IMG/VR virus record: IMGVR_UViG_3300029266_000978
Coordinates: 1-54,410 of that record
DNA: 54,410 nucleotides
Reading direction: 5' to 3' (one strand)
Source: a virus
Lineage: Duplodnaviria > Caudoviricetes
The notes under the pieces are model-generated. The model did no database searches. It was not told where the DNA came from and saw only the letters and a program-made list of their open reading frames with translations. A program made the translations under genes and the position numbers. This document shows, piece after piece, positions 11,373 through 19,713 of the stretch (the stretch's first letter is position 1; each line of letters opens with the position of its first letter).

Positions 11373-12536
11373 ATGGGGAAACCAGGACCAGTACAAACGC
11401 CTATAACAGCGCGTATTAAAAGAACAACACAAGGAGGAATGACTACACAGCCGCTATTAAACATGGGCGCACCTGTAAAAATGAAGCGAACTCCCGCTAA
11501 AAAATCATTAGTAGGTAATCAAGATCAATTACCTGCAAACCTTCAAGCAGACATATTAGCTGCTCCAGGGAAAATGTATGATAAATCGCCAGGGAAAATG
11601 TATGATAGATCGCCAGCTCAAATTTCAGTTGGCAAGAAAGACGAGGCTTCACAAAAAGCTATTAGAGAAGGTCTTCGCGATCAAAAAATTGATGGCTATG
11701 TAAATGATTCTGCTTTTAATGATTCTAATATGGATGGCACTATGGCATCTAGAGCTGTAAAAGGATTATATAGAATGGGCAAAAGAGCGGTACTGCGTGC
11801 TGGCGGACCAGCTGGTAATGCAATGGCTAATATATCTCAAGCAAAAGATAATATGCAAGATAAGCATGATTACAATAATAATCATTATGTAAAGTTTAAA
11901 GGTGACAATCCAAGCTTGTTTACAGGTAATGATGACAAGAAGATGCCAGATGGTGGTTACAATCCAAAGGTTAAGAAAAAAGTTTCATACGATACTGCTT
12001 ATAAAAATAGAGATAAGAAAGTTTACGGAGGTATGGATAAAGCTGCTTATACTAAAGAGGCTAAACGTCAAAATGCTAATTTTAAGAAAACAGGTAAGTG
12101 GGATGTTAAATCTAGTTACGCTAAAAAAGCAGTTGCTAAACCAGTAAATGAAATTAAGCCAACTGGTGTTACAAATAAAAAAGTTGAAATTACAACTAAA
12201 TTAGATCCTAAGGTAATAAAGAAACAAGTTTCTAAAGTTAATAAAACTCCTAAAGAAACTTCATCTAGAGCCGCTAAGTTAAGAGCTAAAGGTAATGCTC
12301 AATTAGCAGCAGGTGACACAAAAGGAGCTCAAAGAACAAGAAAAAAATACGATAGAAAGAACGCAAAGGTTGCTAGAAAAACTAAAAAAGGTACTAATAG
12401 AGTGGAGTATGACGAAAGTACTGGTAAAGGTGGAAGTGTATTAGGTAATGCACTTAGAACTGTTACAGGTAAAAGAAAAAGAGATAAAGCTGCAGCAGAC
12501 AGAAGAAAGAATGCTCCAGGAGGAAGCATGATTTAA
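11373..12536 (+). CDS. Highly basic hypothetical protein with SP/AP-K-M repeats
   Basis: 387 aa, Lys-rich, with PITARIKR and repeated PGKMYD. Confidence 0.7.
   Translation: MGKPGPVQTPITARIKRTTQGGMTTQPLLNMGAPVKMKRTPAKKSLVGNQDQLPANLQADILAAPGKMYDKSPGKMYDRSPAQISVGKKDEASQKAIREGLRDQKIDGYVNDSAFNDSNMDGTMASRAVKGLYRMGKRAVLRAGGPAGNAMANISQAKDNMQDKHDYNNNHYVKFKGDNPSLFTGNDDKKMPDGGYNPKVKKKVSYDTAYKNRDKKVYGGMDKAAYTKEAKRQNANFKKTGKWDVKSSYAKKAVAKPVNEIKPTGVTNKKVEITTKLDPKVIKKQVSKVNKTPKETSSRAAKLRAKGNAQLAAGDTKGAQRTRKKYDRKNAKVARKTKKGTNRVEYDESTGKGGSVLGNALRTVTGKRKRDKAAADRRKNAPGGSMI
11565..11616 (+). repeat. 24-bp tandem repeat encoding PGKMYD(K/R)S
   Basis: ccagggaaaatgtatgata(a/g)atcg twice, followed by ccag. Confidence 0.9.
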
Positions 12537-12935
12537 ATGAAAAAGTTATTTGCATGGCTTACAGGTAGCGTTGTCAAAGAAATTGGTAACGCTATCGACA
12601 AGCTTACAACTACAAAAGAGGAAAAGCTTATTATTAAAAAGCAAGTTCTAGAAATATTAGAGAAGGCTGATACCAATGCACAAGAACAGGTAACAGATCG
12701 TTGGATGGCGGATATGAATTCAGATAGTTACTTATCTAAAAACATTCGTCCTATGATACTTATATATATAACTTTTATATTTACAGCATTAGCTTTTACA
12801 GATGGGAACATTGGAGAGTTTCAAGTAGCAAAAGAATATATACCTATATTTCAAACTTTGTTAGTTACCGTTTACGGTGCTTATTTTGTTGGAAGAACAT
12901 GGGAAAAAGCAACAAAAATAAATAAAAATAAATAA
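12537..12935 (+). CDS. Holin (GTA 3TM-like)
   Basis: RWMADMNSDSYLSKNIRP, two hydrophobic helices and AYFVGRTWEK. Confidence 0.8.
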   Translation: MKKLFAWLTGSVVKEIGNAIDKLTTTKEEKLIIKKQVLEILEKADTNAQEQVTDRWMADMNSDSYLSKNIRPMILIYITFIFTALAFTDGNIGEFQVAKEYIPIFQTLLVTVYGAYFVGRTWEKATKINKNK

Positions 12936-12940
12936 CAATT

Positions 12941-13693
12941 ATGAAAACAAGTGGAAATTTCTATAACAACGATAGAATACTTAGCGCTAAAGCTATTACA
13001 CCAAGTGCTACTATAAATGCAACAACAAAACTTAATAAAGCATCTTTATATGTAGGAACAACTGGTAATGTTAAAGCTATTATGTCTACAACATTAGGAG
13101 GTCTTACAACTGCATTAGCAGTAACTTCAAATGGATTAACTTATATTACAGCCAATGGTGTAGCTACAATAAGCGACGATGCTTCTGCAGCTTCAGGATT
13201 AACTGTAAATACAAGTATTCCAGTACCAACAACAAACGCTATAGTAGCAGGATCAGGATATACTGTGTCTGCTTTTACAGTAACAGGAGGTAGTGGTACA
13301 GGTTTAAGTGGAACTATAGATAGTGTAAATGCTGGTGCAATTACAGGATTTACTATATTGCAAGGTGGATTAGGATACAAAGTAGGTGATGTATTAACAA
13401 TAGTTTCAGGAGATGGTATTAGTGGGGTGATATCTTTATCATCGGCACCTAATAGTGTTATGACAGTAACAGTAGCGGTGGCAGGAACAGGATATAAAGC
13501 AGGTGAAACTGTTTCATTATTTGGGGGCGACGGATTAGCTGTGCTTACTATTACAAGTGTAAACAATACTCCTATAGCTTCTCAAGCTGTTGAATTTATA
13601 GGTGTTCAAGCAGGAACGTACCTACCTGTAGTAGTGGATTACGTATTGCCGGCAACAGCTACGGCAGCAGGATCATTACTAGCAACGTATTAA
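12941..13693 (+). CDS. Putative virion structural/decoration protein
   Basis: Gly/Thr/Ala/Val-rich, with LYVGTTGNV...GTYLPVVVDYV frame and internal GxGY repeats. Confidence 0.6.
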   Translation: MKTSGNFYNNDRILSAKAITPSATINATTKLNKASLYVGTTGNVKAIMSTTLGGLTTALAVTSNGLTYITANGVATISDDASAASGLTVNTSIPVPTTNAIVAGSGYTVSAFTVTGGSGTGLSGTIDSVNAGAITGFTILQGGLGYKVGDVLTIVSGDGISGVISLSSAPNSVMTVTVAVAGTGYKAGETVSLFGGDGLAVLTITSVNNTPIASQAVEFIGVQAGTYLPVVVDYVLPATATAAGSLLATY

Positions 13694-13750
13694 GAATTAG
13701 TAAAAACAAGTAACTATATAATTATTAATAACGACTTAAATCAAATCGAA

Positions 13751-14002
13751 ATGTCAAAAATTAAATTAAACGAAGAAGAGTTAAAAGGATTGCAAGAAGC
13801 TATCCAAAAAGTAAACAATTTTCAAATGCAAATTGGAGGTTTAGAAACACAAAAGCATCAAATATTAAGTATGATATTAGAGGCTAATGCTGCTTTACAA
13901 ACAATTCAAAAAGAATTGGAGGAAGTTTACGGAAAAGTTCAAGTAGATGTTACTACTGGTGAAATTACTGAATCTGATGAAGAACATAGTCAGGAAGATT
14001 AG
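13751..14002 (+). CDS. Small coiled-coil protein
   Basis: 83 aa with heptad pattern and LEEVYGKVQVDVTTGEI C-terminus. Confidence 0.7.
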   Translation: MSKIKLNEEELKGLQEAIQKVNNFQMQIGGLETQKHQILSMILEANAALQTIQKELEEVYGKVQVDVTTGEITESDEEHSQED

Positions 14003-14198
14003 TATCGGTAAAGACTATAAAAATGACGCCATGCACTACGCTGTTGGACAGGAAGTGTATGGTGGTCATATTATAAAGAATATAATTGAAGAAGAAAATA
14101 AGTACTCAATTTATATTGAAAAGAATAGTGAACTAATGCCTTGGAAAGATTTTAATAAAAACATGGCGATTGCGGTTGAATATGATTTGCAATATTAA
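13977..14198 (+). CDS. Hypothetical protein
   Basis: 73 aa from ATG 13977 (IVRKISIGKDYKNDAMHYAVGQ); TAATG-coupled to the next gene. Confidence 0.7.
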   Translation: MKNIVRKISIGKDYKNDAMHYAVGQEVYGGHIIKNIIEEENKYSIYIEKNSELMPWKDFNKNMAIAVEYDLQY

Positions 14199-14815
14199 TG
14201 AAAGCTATATACGAATTTGTAGTAGAACCTATAGGGGAAAGATATAACAATGCAATAGAAATAGAAGGCAAAGAACTTTTGCTAAATACTGAAATGCAAA
14301 ATCATAGTTACTCAAATAGGCAAGCTAAAGTTTTAGCAATACCTACGGGAATAGCTACAGATATAGAAGTAGGTGATGAAGTGCTTATTCACCATAATGT
14401 TTTTAGACGTTTTAGAAACATTAGAGGAGACGAAGTAAACAGCAGGTCTTATTATAAAGACAACATATACTTTGCAAGCGAGGATCAAATATACGCTTAT
14501 AATAGAATAGATGAAAGTTGTGGTTGTAATTCTTGGAAAGCTTGTATAGGGTATAACTTTGTTAAGCCTATTAAAGAAACTAAAATGTTTTCTAATGATA
14601 TAGAAAAACCTGGAATAGGTATTTTGTATTTAAAAGATGCAGAGCTACAAGGAGTAGCAGAACAAGATTTAATCGGGTTTAGGCCCGGGGCAGAGTACGA
14701 ATTCATTGTAAATGGACATAGAGTATTCAGAGTACCCACTAATTCAATTACAATCAAATATGAATATCAAGGAAACGAAGAAGAATATAATCCTGGCTGG
14801 ACACAAAGCAGTTGA
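14198..14815 (+). CDS. Long GroES-like protein (probably two tandem Cpn10-like domains)
   Basis: FVVEP...AKVLAIP...IEVGDEVLIHHN, then a second FVKP...GIL...DLIGFRPGAEYEFIVNG unit. Confidence 0.6.
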   Translation: MKAIYEFVVEPIGERYNNAIEIEGKELLLNTEMQNHSYSNRQAKVLAIPTGIATDIEVGDEVLIHHNVFRRFRNIRGDEVNSRSYYKDNIYFASEDQIYAYNRIDESCGCNSWKACIGYNFVKPIKETKMFSNDIEKPGIGILYLKDAELQGVAEQDLIGFRPGAEYEFIVNGHRVFRVPTNSITIKYEYQGNEEEYNPGWTQSS

Positions 14816-15035
14816 AGAACTTATTAAAGTAGCTAAGGAGGCTATTGTTGATTCAGGAGAAGATATTACAGCGGATAGATTAAAGAATGCAGCGGCAACT
14901 AAAAAGCTAGCTATATTTGATGCGTTCGAAATTCTTAACAGAATACAAGAGGAGCAAGATATTCTTGATGAAAAACCTAGAGAAATAAAAGAAGAAGAGT
15001 CTTTCAAAGGTTTTGCTGAAAAAAGATCTAAATAA
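14760..15035 (+). CDS. Putative terminase small subunit
   Basis: Helical 91-aa protein (RLKNAAATKKLAIFDAFEIL) with TAATG overlap onto the large subunit. Confidence 0.6.
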   Translation: MNIKETKKNIILAGHKAVEELIKVAKEAIVDSGEDITADRLKNAAATKKLAIFDAFEILNRIQEEQDILDEKPREIKEEESFKGFAEKRSK

Positions 15036-17248
15036 TGTACAAGCAAACATTATATAAAATAATAACTCCTGTCAAATCAAACACTATATCTAGGCTAAAT
15101 AAAGCTAAGAAGTGGGAATATGGTTATAACAAAGAACACGATATTGTGGTTATAAGCAAGACAGGACAAATAGGTGATATATATAATATACAAAATCTTA
15201 AAATAGCATTACCTAAAAGACCATCTAAAATAGATGATTCTACTAACAAGTGGACACCAGAAGAATATCCTAAAGAGTTAAAGGCTATTAATAGCATATT
15301 TGACTGGAGGGATTATCCTGAAACGTTCAAATTAAAATGGGGACAATACATAGATGAGCAATTTAATAAAAGAGAAAACGGTTACTGGTTCAATAATAAG
15401 GGCTTGGGTACTTACATTACTGGTACTCACTTTATGTACCTGCAGTGGTCCAAGATTGATGTTGGGCAACCAGACTTTAGAGAATCAAATAGATTATTCT
15501 ACATTTTCTGGGAAGCTTGTAAAGCAGACAGACGATGTTATGGTATGTCATATCTCAAGAATAGACGTAGCGGCTTTTCATTCATGGCGTCTGGCGAGAC
15601 CGTTAATATGGCCACGATATCAAGTGATGCACGGTTTGGGATTTTGTCCAAATCTGGCGCCGATGCGAAAAAAATGTTCACTGATAAGGTTGTACCCATT
15701 AGTGTTAACTTCCCGTTTTTCTTTAAACCAGTACAGGATGGGATGGACCGCCCAAAGACCGAACTCGCCTATCGTGTACCCGCATCAAAATTTACCAGGA
15801 GGAGACTCGATAATAATAAAGCCACTGAAACCATCGCCGGTCTGGACACGACCATCGACTGGAAGAACACAGGTGATAACGCCTATGATGGGGAGAAACT
15901 CAAACTCCTCGTCCACGACGAAAGTGGTAAATGGGAAAGGCCGAACAACATCCTCAACAATTGGCGTGTTACCAAAACGACATTAAGATTAGGTTCTAGA
16001 ATTATTGGAAAGTGTATGATGGGATCAACATCAAATGCTTTAGATAAAGGTGGTTCAAATTTTAAAAAGTTATATAACAATTCAAACGTATTAAAAAGAA
16101 ACAAGAACGGGCAAACAGCTTCAGGATTATATTCTCTTTTTATTCCTATGGAATGGAATTATGAAGGATTTATTGATGAATATGGATATCCTGTTTTTGA
16201 TACACCTAAAGACACTGTTCTGGGCCCGTTTAAAGACGTTATAGACGTTGGGGTTATTGAGCACTGGAATAATGAGGCTGAAGGATTAAAGAGCGATCAG
16301 GATGCTTTAAATGAATTTTATAGACAGTTCCCAAGAACAGAGGAACATGCGTTTAGAGATGAAACAAAAAATAGTATATTTAATTTAGTTAAAATATACG
16401 AACAAATAGATTACAATGAGGACTTACATAATACAAATGTATTAACAACTGGAAGTTTTCAATGGGCTAGCGGTATAAAAGACTCTACAGTTTTATTTAC
16501 GCCTAATCCAAATGGTAGATTTAAAATATCTTGGGTTCCTGGTGCAAATTTGCAAAACAGGCAAGAGGTTAGAAAAGGATTAAGAATTCCAGGTAATCAA
16601 CATATGGGTGCTTTTGGTTGTGATAGTTATGATATATCAGGAACAACTGATGGCCAAGGATCTAAGGGTGCTTTGCACGGATTGACTAAATTCAGCATGG
16701 AAGATGCTCCCGCTAATACATTTTTTTTAGAGTATATAGCTAGACCACAAACCGCTGAAATGTTTTTTGAAGATGTACTAATGGCTTGCGTATTTTATGG
16801 TATGCCTTTATTATGTGAAAATAACAAACCAAGACTTTTATATTATTTTAAAAGAAGAGGCTATCGAGGATATTCTATGAATAGACCTGATAAGGTTTGG
16901 AATAAGTTATCGGTTACCGAAAGAGAAATAGGTGGAATGCCTAACTCAAGTGAAGATATTAAGCAAGCTCATGCAGCGGCTATTGAAACATATATTGATA
17001 ATTATGTCGGATTACAAGAAGATGGTCAGTATGGAACAATGTATTTTAATAATACATTAAATGATTGGGCAGGATTTGATATAAACAATAGAACGAAGTT
17101 TGATGCTGCTATAAGTTCTGGACTTGCTGTAATGGCTTGTAACAGACATTTATATCATCCAAAACAAAAAGTTGAAAGAGAACAATTAAGTTTAAAAATA
17201 GCTAAATACACCAACAGTGGTGGTTTATCAAAATTAATAGAAAAATAA
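15035..17248 (+). CDS. terL: Terminase large subunit
   Basis: Walker A-like KNRRSGFS, Walker B LLVHDESGK, coupling motif GSTSN, and nuclease GCDSYD...FDAAIS. Confidence 0.92.
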   Translation: MYKQTLYKIITPVKSNTISRLNKAKKWEYGYNKEHDIVVISKTGQIGDIYNIQNLKIALPKRPSKIDDSTNKWTPEEYPKELKAINSIFDWRDYPETFKLKWGQYIDEQFNKRENGYWFNNKGLGTYITGTHFMYLQWSKIDVGQPDFRESNRLFYIFWEACKADRRCYGMSYLKNRRSGFSFMASGETVNMATISSDARFGILSKSGADAKKMFTDKVVPISVNFPFFFKPVQDGMDRPKTELAYRVPASKFTRRRLDNNKATETIAGLDTTIDWKNTGDNAYDGEKLKLLVHDESGKWERPNNILNNWRVTKTTLRLGSRIIGKCMMGSTSNALDKGGSNFKKLYNNSNVLKRNKNGQTASGLYSLFIPMEWNYEGFIDEYGYPVFDTPKDTVLGPFKDVIDVGVIEHWNNEAEGLKSDQDALNEFYRQFPRTEEHAFRDETKNSIFNLVKIYEQIDYNEDLHNTNVLTTGSFQWASGIKDSTVLFTPNPNGRFKISWVPGANLQNRQEVRKGLRIPGNQHMGAFGCDSYDISGTTDGQGSKGALHGLTKFSMEDAPANTFFLEYIARPQTAEMFFEDVLMACVFYGMPLLCENNKPRLLYYFKRRGYRGYSMNRPDKVWNKLSVTEREIGGMPNSSEDIKQAHAAAIETYIDNYVGLQEDGQYGTMYFNNTLNDWAGFDINNRTKFDAAISSGLAVMACNRHLYHPKQKVEREQLSLKIAKYTNSGGLSKLIEK
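15354..15986 (+). CDS. Candidate overprinted (+1 frame) lipoprotein inside terminase
   Basis: 210 stop-free codons, hydrophobic WVLTLLVLTLCTC signal and a local shift to C/G-ending terminase codons. Confidence 0.5.
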   Translation: MSNLIKEKTVTGSIIRAWVLTLLVLTLCTCSGPRLMLGNQTLENQIDYSTFSGKLVKQTDDVMVCHISRIDVAAFHSWRLARPLIWPRYQVMHGLGFCPNLAPMRKKCSLIRLYPLVLTSRFSLNQYRMGWTAQRPNSPIVYPHQNLPGGDSIIIKPLKPSPVWTRPSTGRTQVITPMMGRNSNSSSTTKVVNGKGRTTSSTIGVLPKRH

Positions 17249-17252
17249 AAAT

Positions 17253-19682
17253 ATGGCTGAGTCAGTTGTAACAAGTTATTTTCCAAGCCAGATTGCTAGC
17301 GATGCGGAAAAAATGTCTATGGACTATGGAACTACTATTGGTAGAGCTATAGAACGTGAGTGGTTTAATAATGACAATGGTGGTGGTAGTAGGTTTAAAA
17401 GCAATCAAATTACATTTCACAATTTAAGATTATACGCAAGAGGAGAACAACCAATACAAAAATACAAAGATGAATTATCTATAAATGGAGATTTATCTTA
17501 TCTTAATTTAGACTGGAAACCAGTTCCAATTATACCCAAATTTGTGGATATAGTTGTTAATGGTATATCTGATAGATTATTTGACATAAGAGCTTATTCT
17601 CAAGATCCTTACGGAGTTGATAAAAGAACAAGGTATATGGAATCTCTTATTAGAGATATGCAAACAAAAGAACTTAATACTTTTGTTCAAGAAAATTTTG
17701 GTGTTAATTTATTTGAAAACAATCCAGAAACATTACCTAAAAACAAAGAAGAATTAGATTTACATATGCAGCTTACCTATAAGCAGCAAGTAGAAATTGC
17801 GGAAGAACAAGCAATACAGGTACTACTAGATGGTAACAAATATGACTTAACTAAAAGACGTTGTAATTATGATTTAACTACAATAGGTATTGGTGCAGTT
17901 AAAAATACTTTTACAAAAGCTGAAGGAGCTTTAATTGATTATGTAGATCCAGTAAATTTAATTTGGTCTTATACAGAATCACCTTATTTTGATGACATAT
18001 ATTATGTAGGAGAAGTAAGGTCTGTGCATTTAAATGAATTAAAAAAAGAATTTCCTGGATTAACTAATGATGAATTGCAATCAATTGCAGGTCAGTCAGT
18101 TAGTAACAATGGGTTTTATGATAGAACTATTAGCACTTCTAACCAGGACGATTCCAATACTGTTCAAGTCCTTTATTTTAATTATAAGACTTTTACAAAC
18201 GAAGTTTATAAAGTTAAAGAGACGGCAACAGGAGCTGCAAAGATAATACCTAAAACTGATGAATTTAATCCTCCGCCAGAAATGTATGAGGAGTATGGTA
18301 TTGAAAAATTATCTCAATCAATAGAAGTATTATATGAGGGAGTTAAAGTTGTAGGGGGCAGAATGCTTAAATGGGAGCTAGCTAAAAACATGATAAGACC
18401 TAAGAGTGATTACACTAAGGTTAAAATGAATTATAGTATTACAGCACCTAGAATGTATAAAGGTAGAATAGAATCTGTAGTAAGTCGTATAACAGGCTTT
18501 GCAGATATGATTCAACTTACACATTTAAAGCTACAACAAGTAATGTCAAGAATGGTGCCGGATGGTGTTTATCTTGATGCTGATGGTTTAGCTGAAGTTG
18601 ATTTAGGTAATGGTACAAATTACAATCCTCAGGAAGCTCTTAATATGTTTTTTCAAACAGGTTCTGTAATTGGTAGATCTATGACCCAAGACGGTGATAT
18701 GAATCCAGGCAAAGTACCTATTCAAGAAATACAAACCGGTGCAGGTGGTGGAAAAATGCAAGCATTAATTGGAAATTACAATTATTACATGCAAATGATT
18801 CGCGATGTAACTGGATTAAACGAAGCTAGAGATGGAAGTACTCCTGACGCAAGAGCTTTAGTGGGTGTTCAAAAAATGGCAGCAGCTAATTCAAATGTTG
18901 CAACAAGACATATATTAGACGGTAGTTTATTTTTAACGTCGGATTTATGCGAAGGGTTATCATTAAGAATATCCGATATTTTAGAATACTCTCCAACACG
19001 AGATGCTTTTATACATAAAATAGGTAATCAAAATGTAGCAGTTCTTGAAGAAATGAAAGACTTATATTTATACGACTTTGGTATCTTTATTGAATTACAA
19101 CCAGATGAAGAAGAAAGAGCTATATTGGAAAACAATATTCAAGCAGCTGTTCAAAGCGGATTAATAGATTTATCGGATGCCATTGATCTTAGAGAAGTAA
19201 GAAGTCTTAAACTTGCTAATCAATTGCTAAAAATAAGAAGAGTAGCTAAGCAAAAGCTGGATCAAGAAATGCAACAGCAAAACATCCAAGCTCAGGCTCA
19301 AGCCAATGCTCAAGCACAACAAGTGGCTGCTCAAGCAGAAGTTCAAAAAGGCCAAGCTTTAATACAACAAAAAATTGCATTAGTGCAAGCTCAAGCAGAA
19401 ATAGACAAACAAAAAATGATGCAAGAAGCTGCTTTGAAAAAAGAGTTAATGCAATTAGAGTTTGAAATGAACATGCAGCTTAAAGGTATTGAAGTTAGCG
19501 GGGTTAAAAGAGAAATTACGGAAAAAGAAGATAGAAAGGACGAAAGAACTAAACTACAAGCTTCTCAACAAAGTGAACTAATACAACAAAGACAAAACAA
19601 TTTGCCAGCTCAAAACTTTGAATCAAGTGGATTTGATACAATGGGCGGTGGTTTTAACTTAGGTTCGTCAGACCCTAGGTAA
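17253..19682 (+). CDS. Portal protein
   Basis: 809 aa following terL, with IIPKFVDIVVNG, IRDVTGLNEARDG and a Gln-rich C-terminal coiled coil. Confidence 0.88.
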   Translation: MAESVVTSYFPSQIASDAEKMSMDYGTTIGRAIEREWFNNDNGGGSRFKSNQITFHNLRLYARGEQPIQKYKDELSINGDLSYLNLDWKPVPIIPKFVDIVVNGISDRLFDIRAYSQDPYGVDKRTRYMESLIRDMQTKELNTFVQENFGVNLFENNPETLPKNKEELDLHMQLTYKQQVEIAEEQAIQVLLDGNKYDLTKRRCNYDLTTIGIGAVKNTFTKAEGALIDYVDPVNLIWSYTESPYFDDIYYVGEVRSVHLNELKKEFPGLTNDELQSIAGQSVSNNGFYDRTISTSNQDDSNTVQVLYFNYKTFTNEVYKVKETATGAAKIIPKTDEFNPPPEMYEEYGIEKLSQSIEVLYEGVKVVGGRMLKWELAKNMIRPKSDYTKVKMNYSITAPRMYKGRIESVVSRITGFADMIQLTHLKLQQVMSRMVPDGVYLDADGLAEVDLGNGTNYNPQEALNMFFQTGSVIGRSMTQDGDMNPGKVPIQEIQTGAGGGKMQALIGNYNYYMQMIRDVTGLNEARDGSTPDARALVGVQKMAAANSNVATRHILDGSLFLTSDLCEGLSLRISDILEYSPTRDAFIHKIGNQNVAVLEEMKDLYLYDFGIFIELQPDEEERAILENNIQAAVQSGLIDLSDAIDLREVRSLKLANQLLKIRRVAKQKLDQEMQQQNIQAQAQANAQAQQVAAQAEVQKGQALIQQKIALVQAQAEIDKQKMMQEAALKKELMQLEFEMNMQLKGIEVSGVKREITEKEDRKDERTKLQASQQSELIQQRQNNLPAQNFESSGFDTMGGGFNLGSSDPR

Positions 19683-19713
19683 TAATAATAGTAATAATTA
19701 ATCATATTTTATC

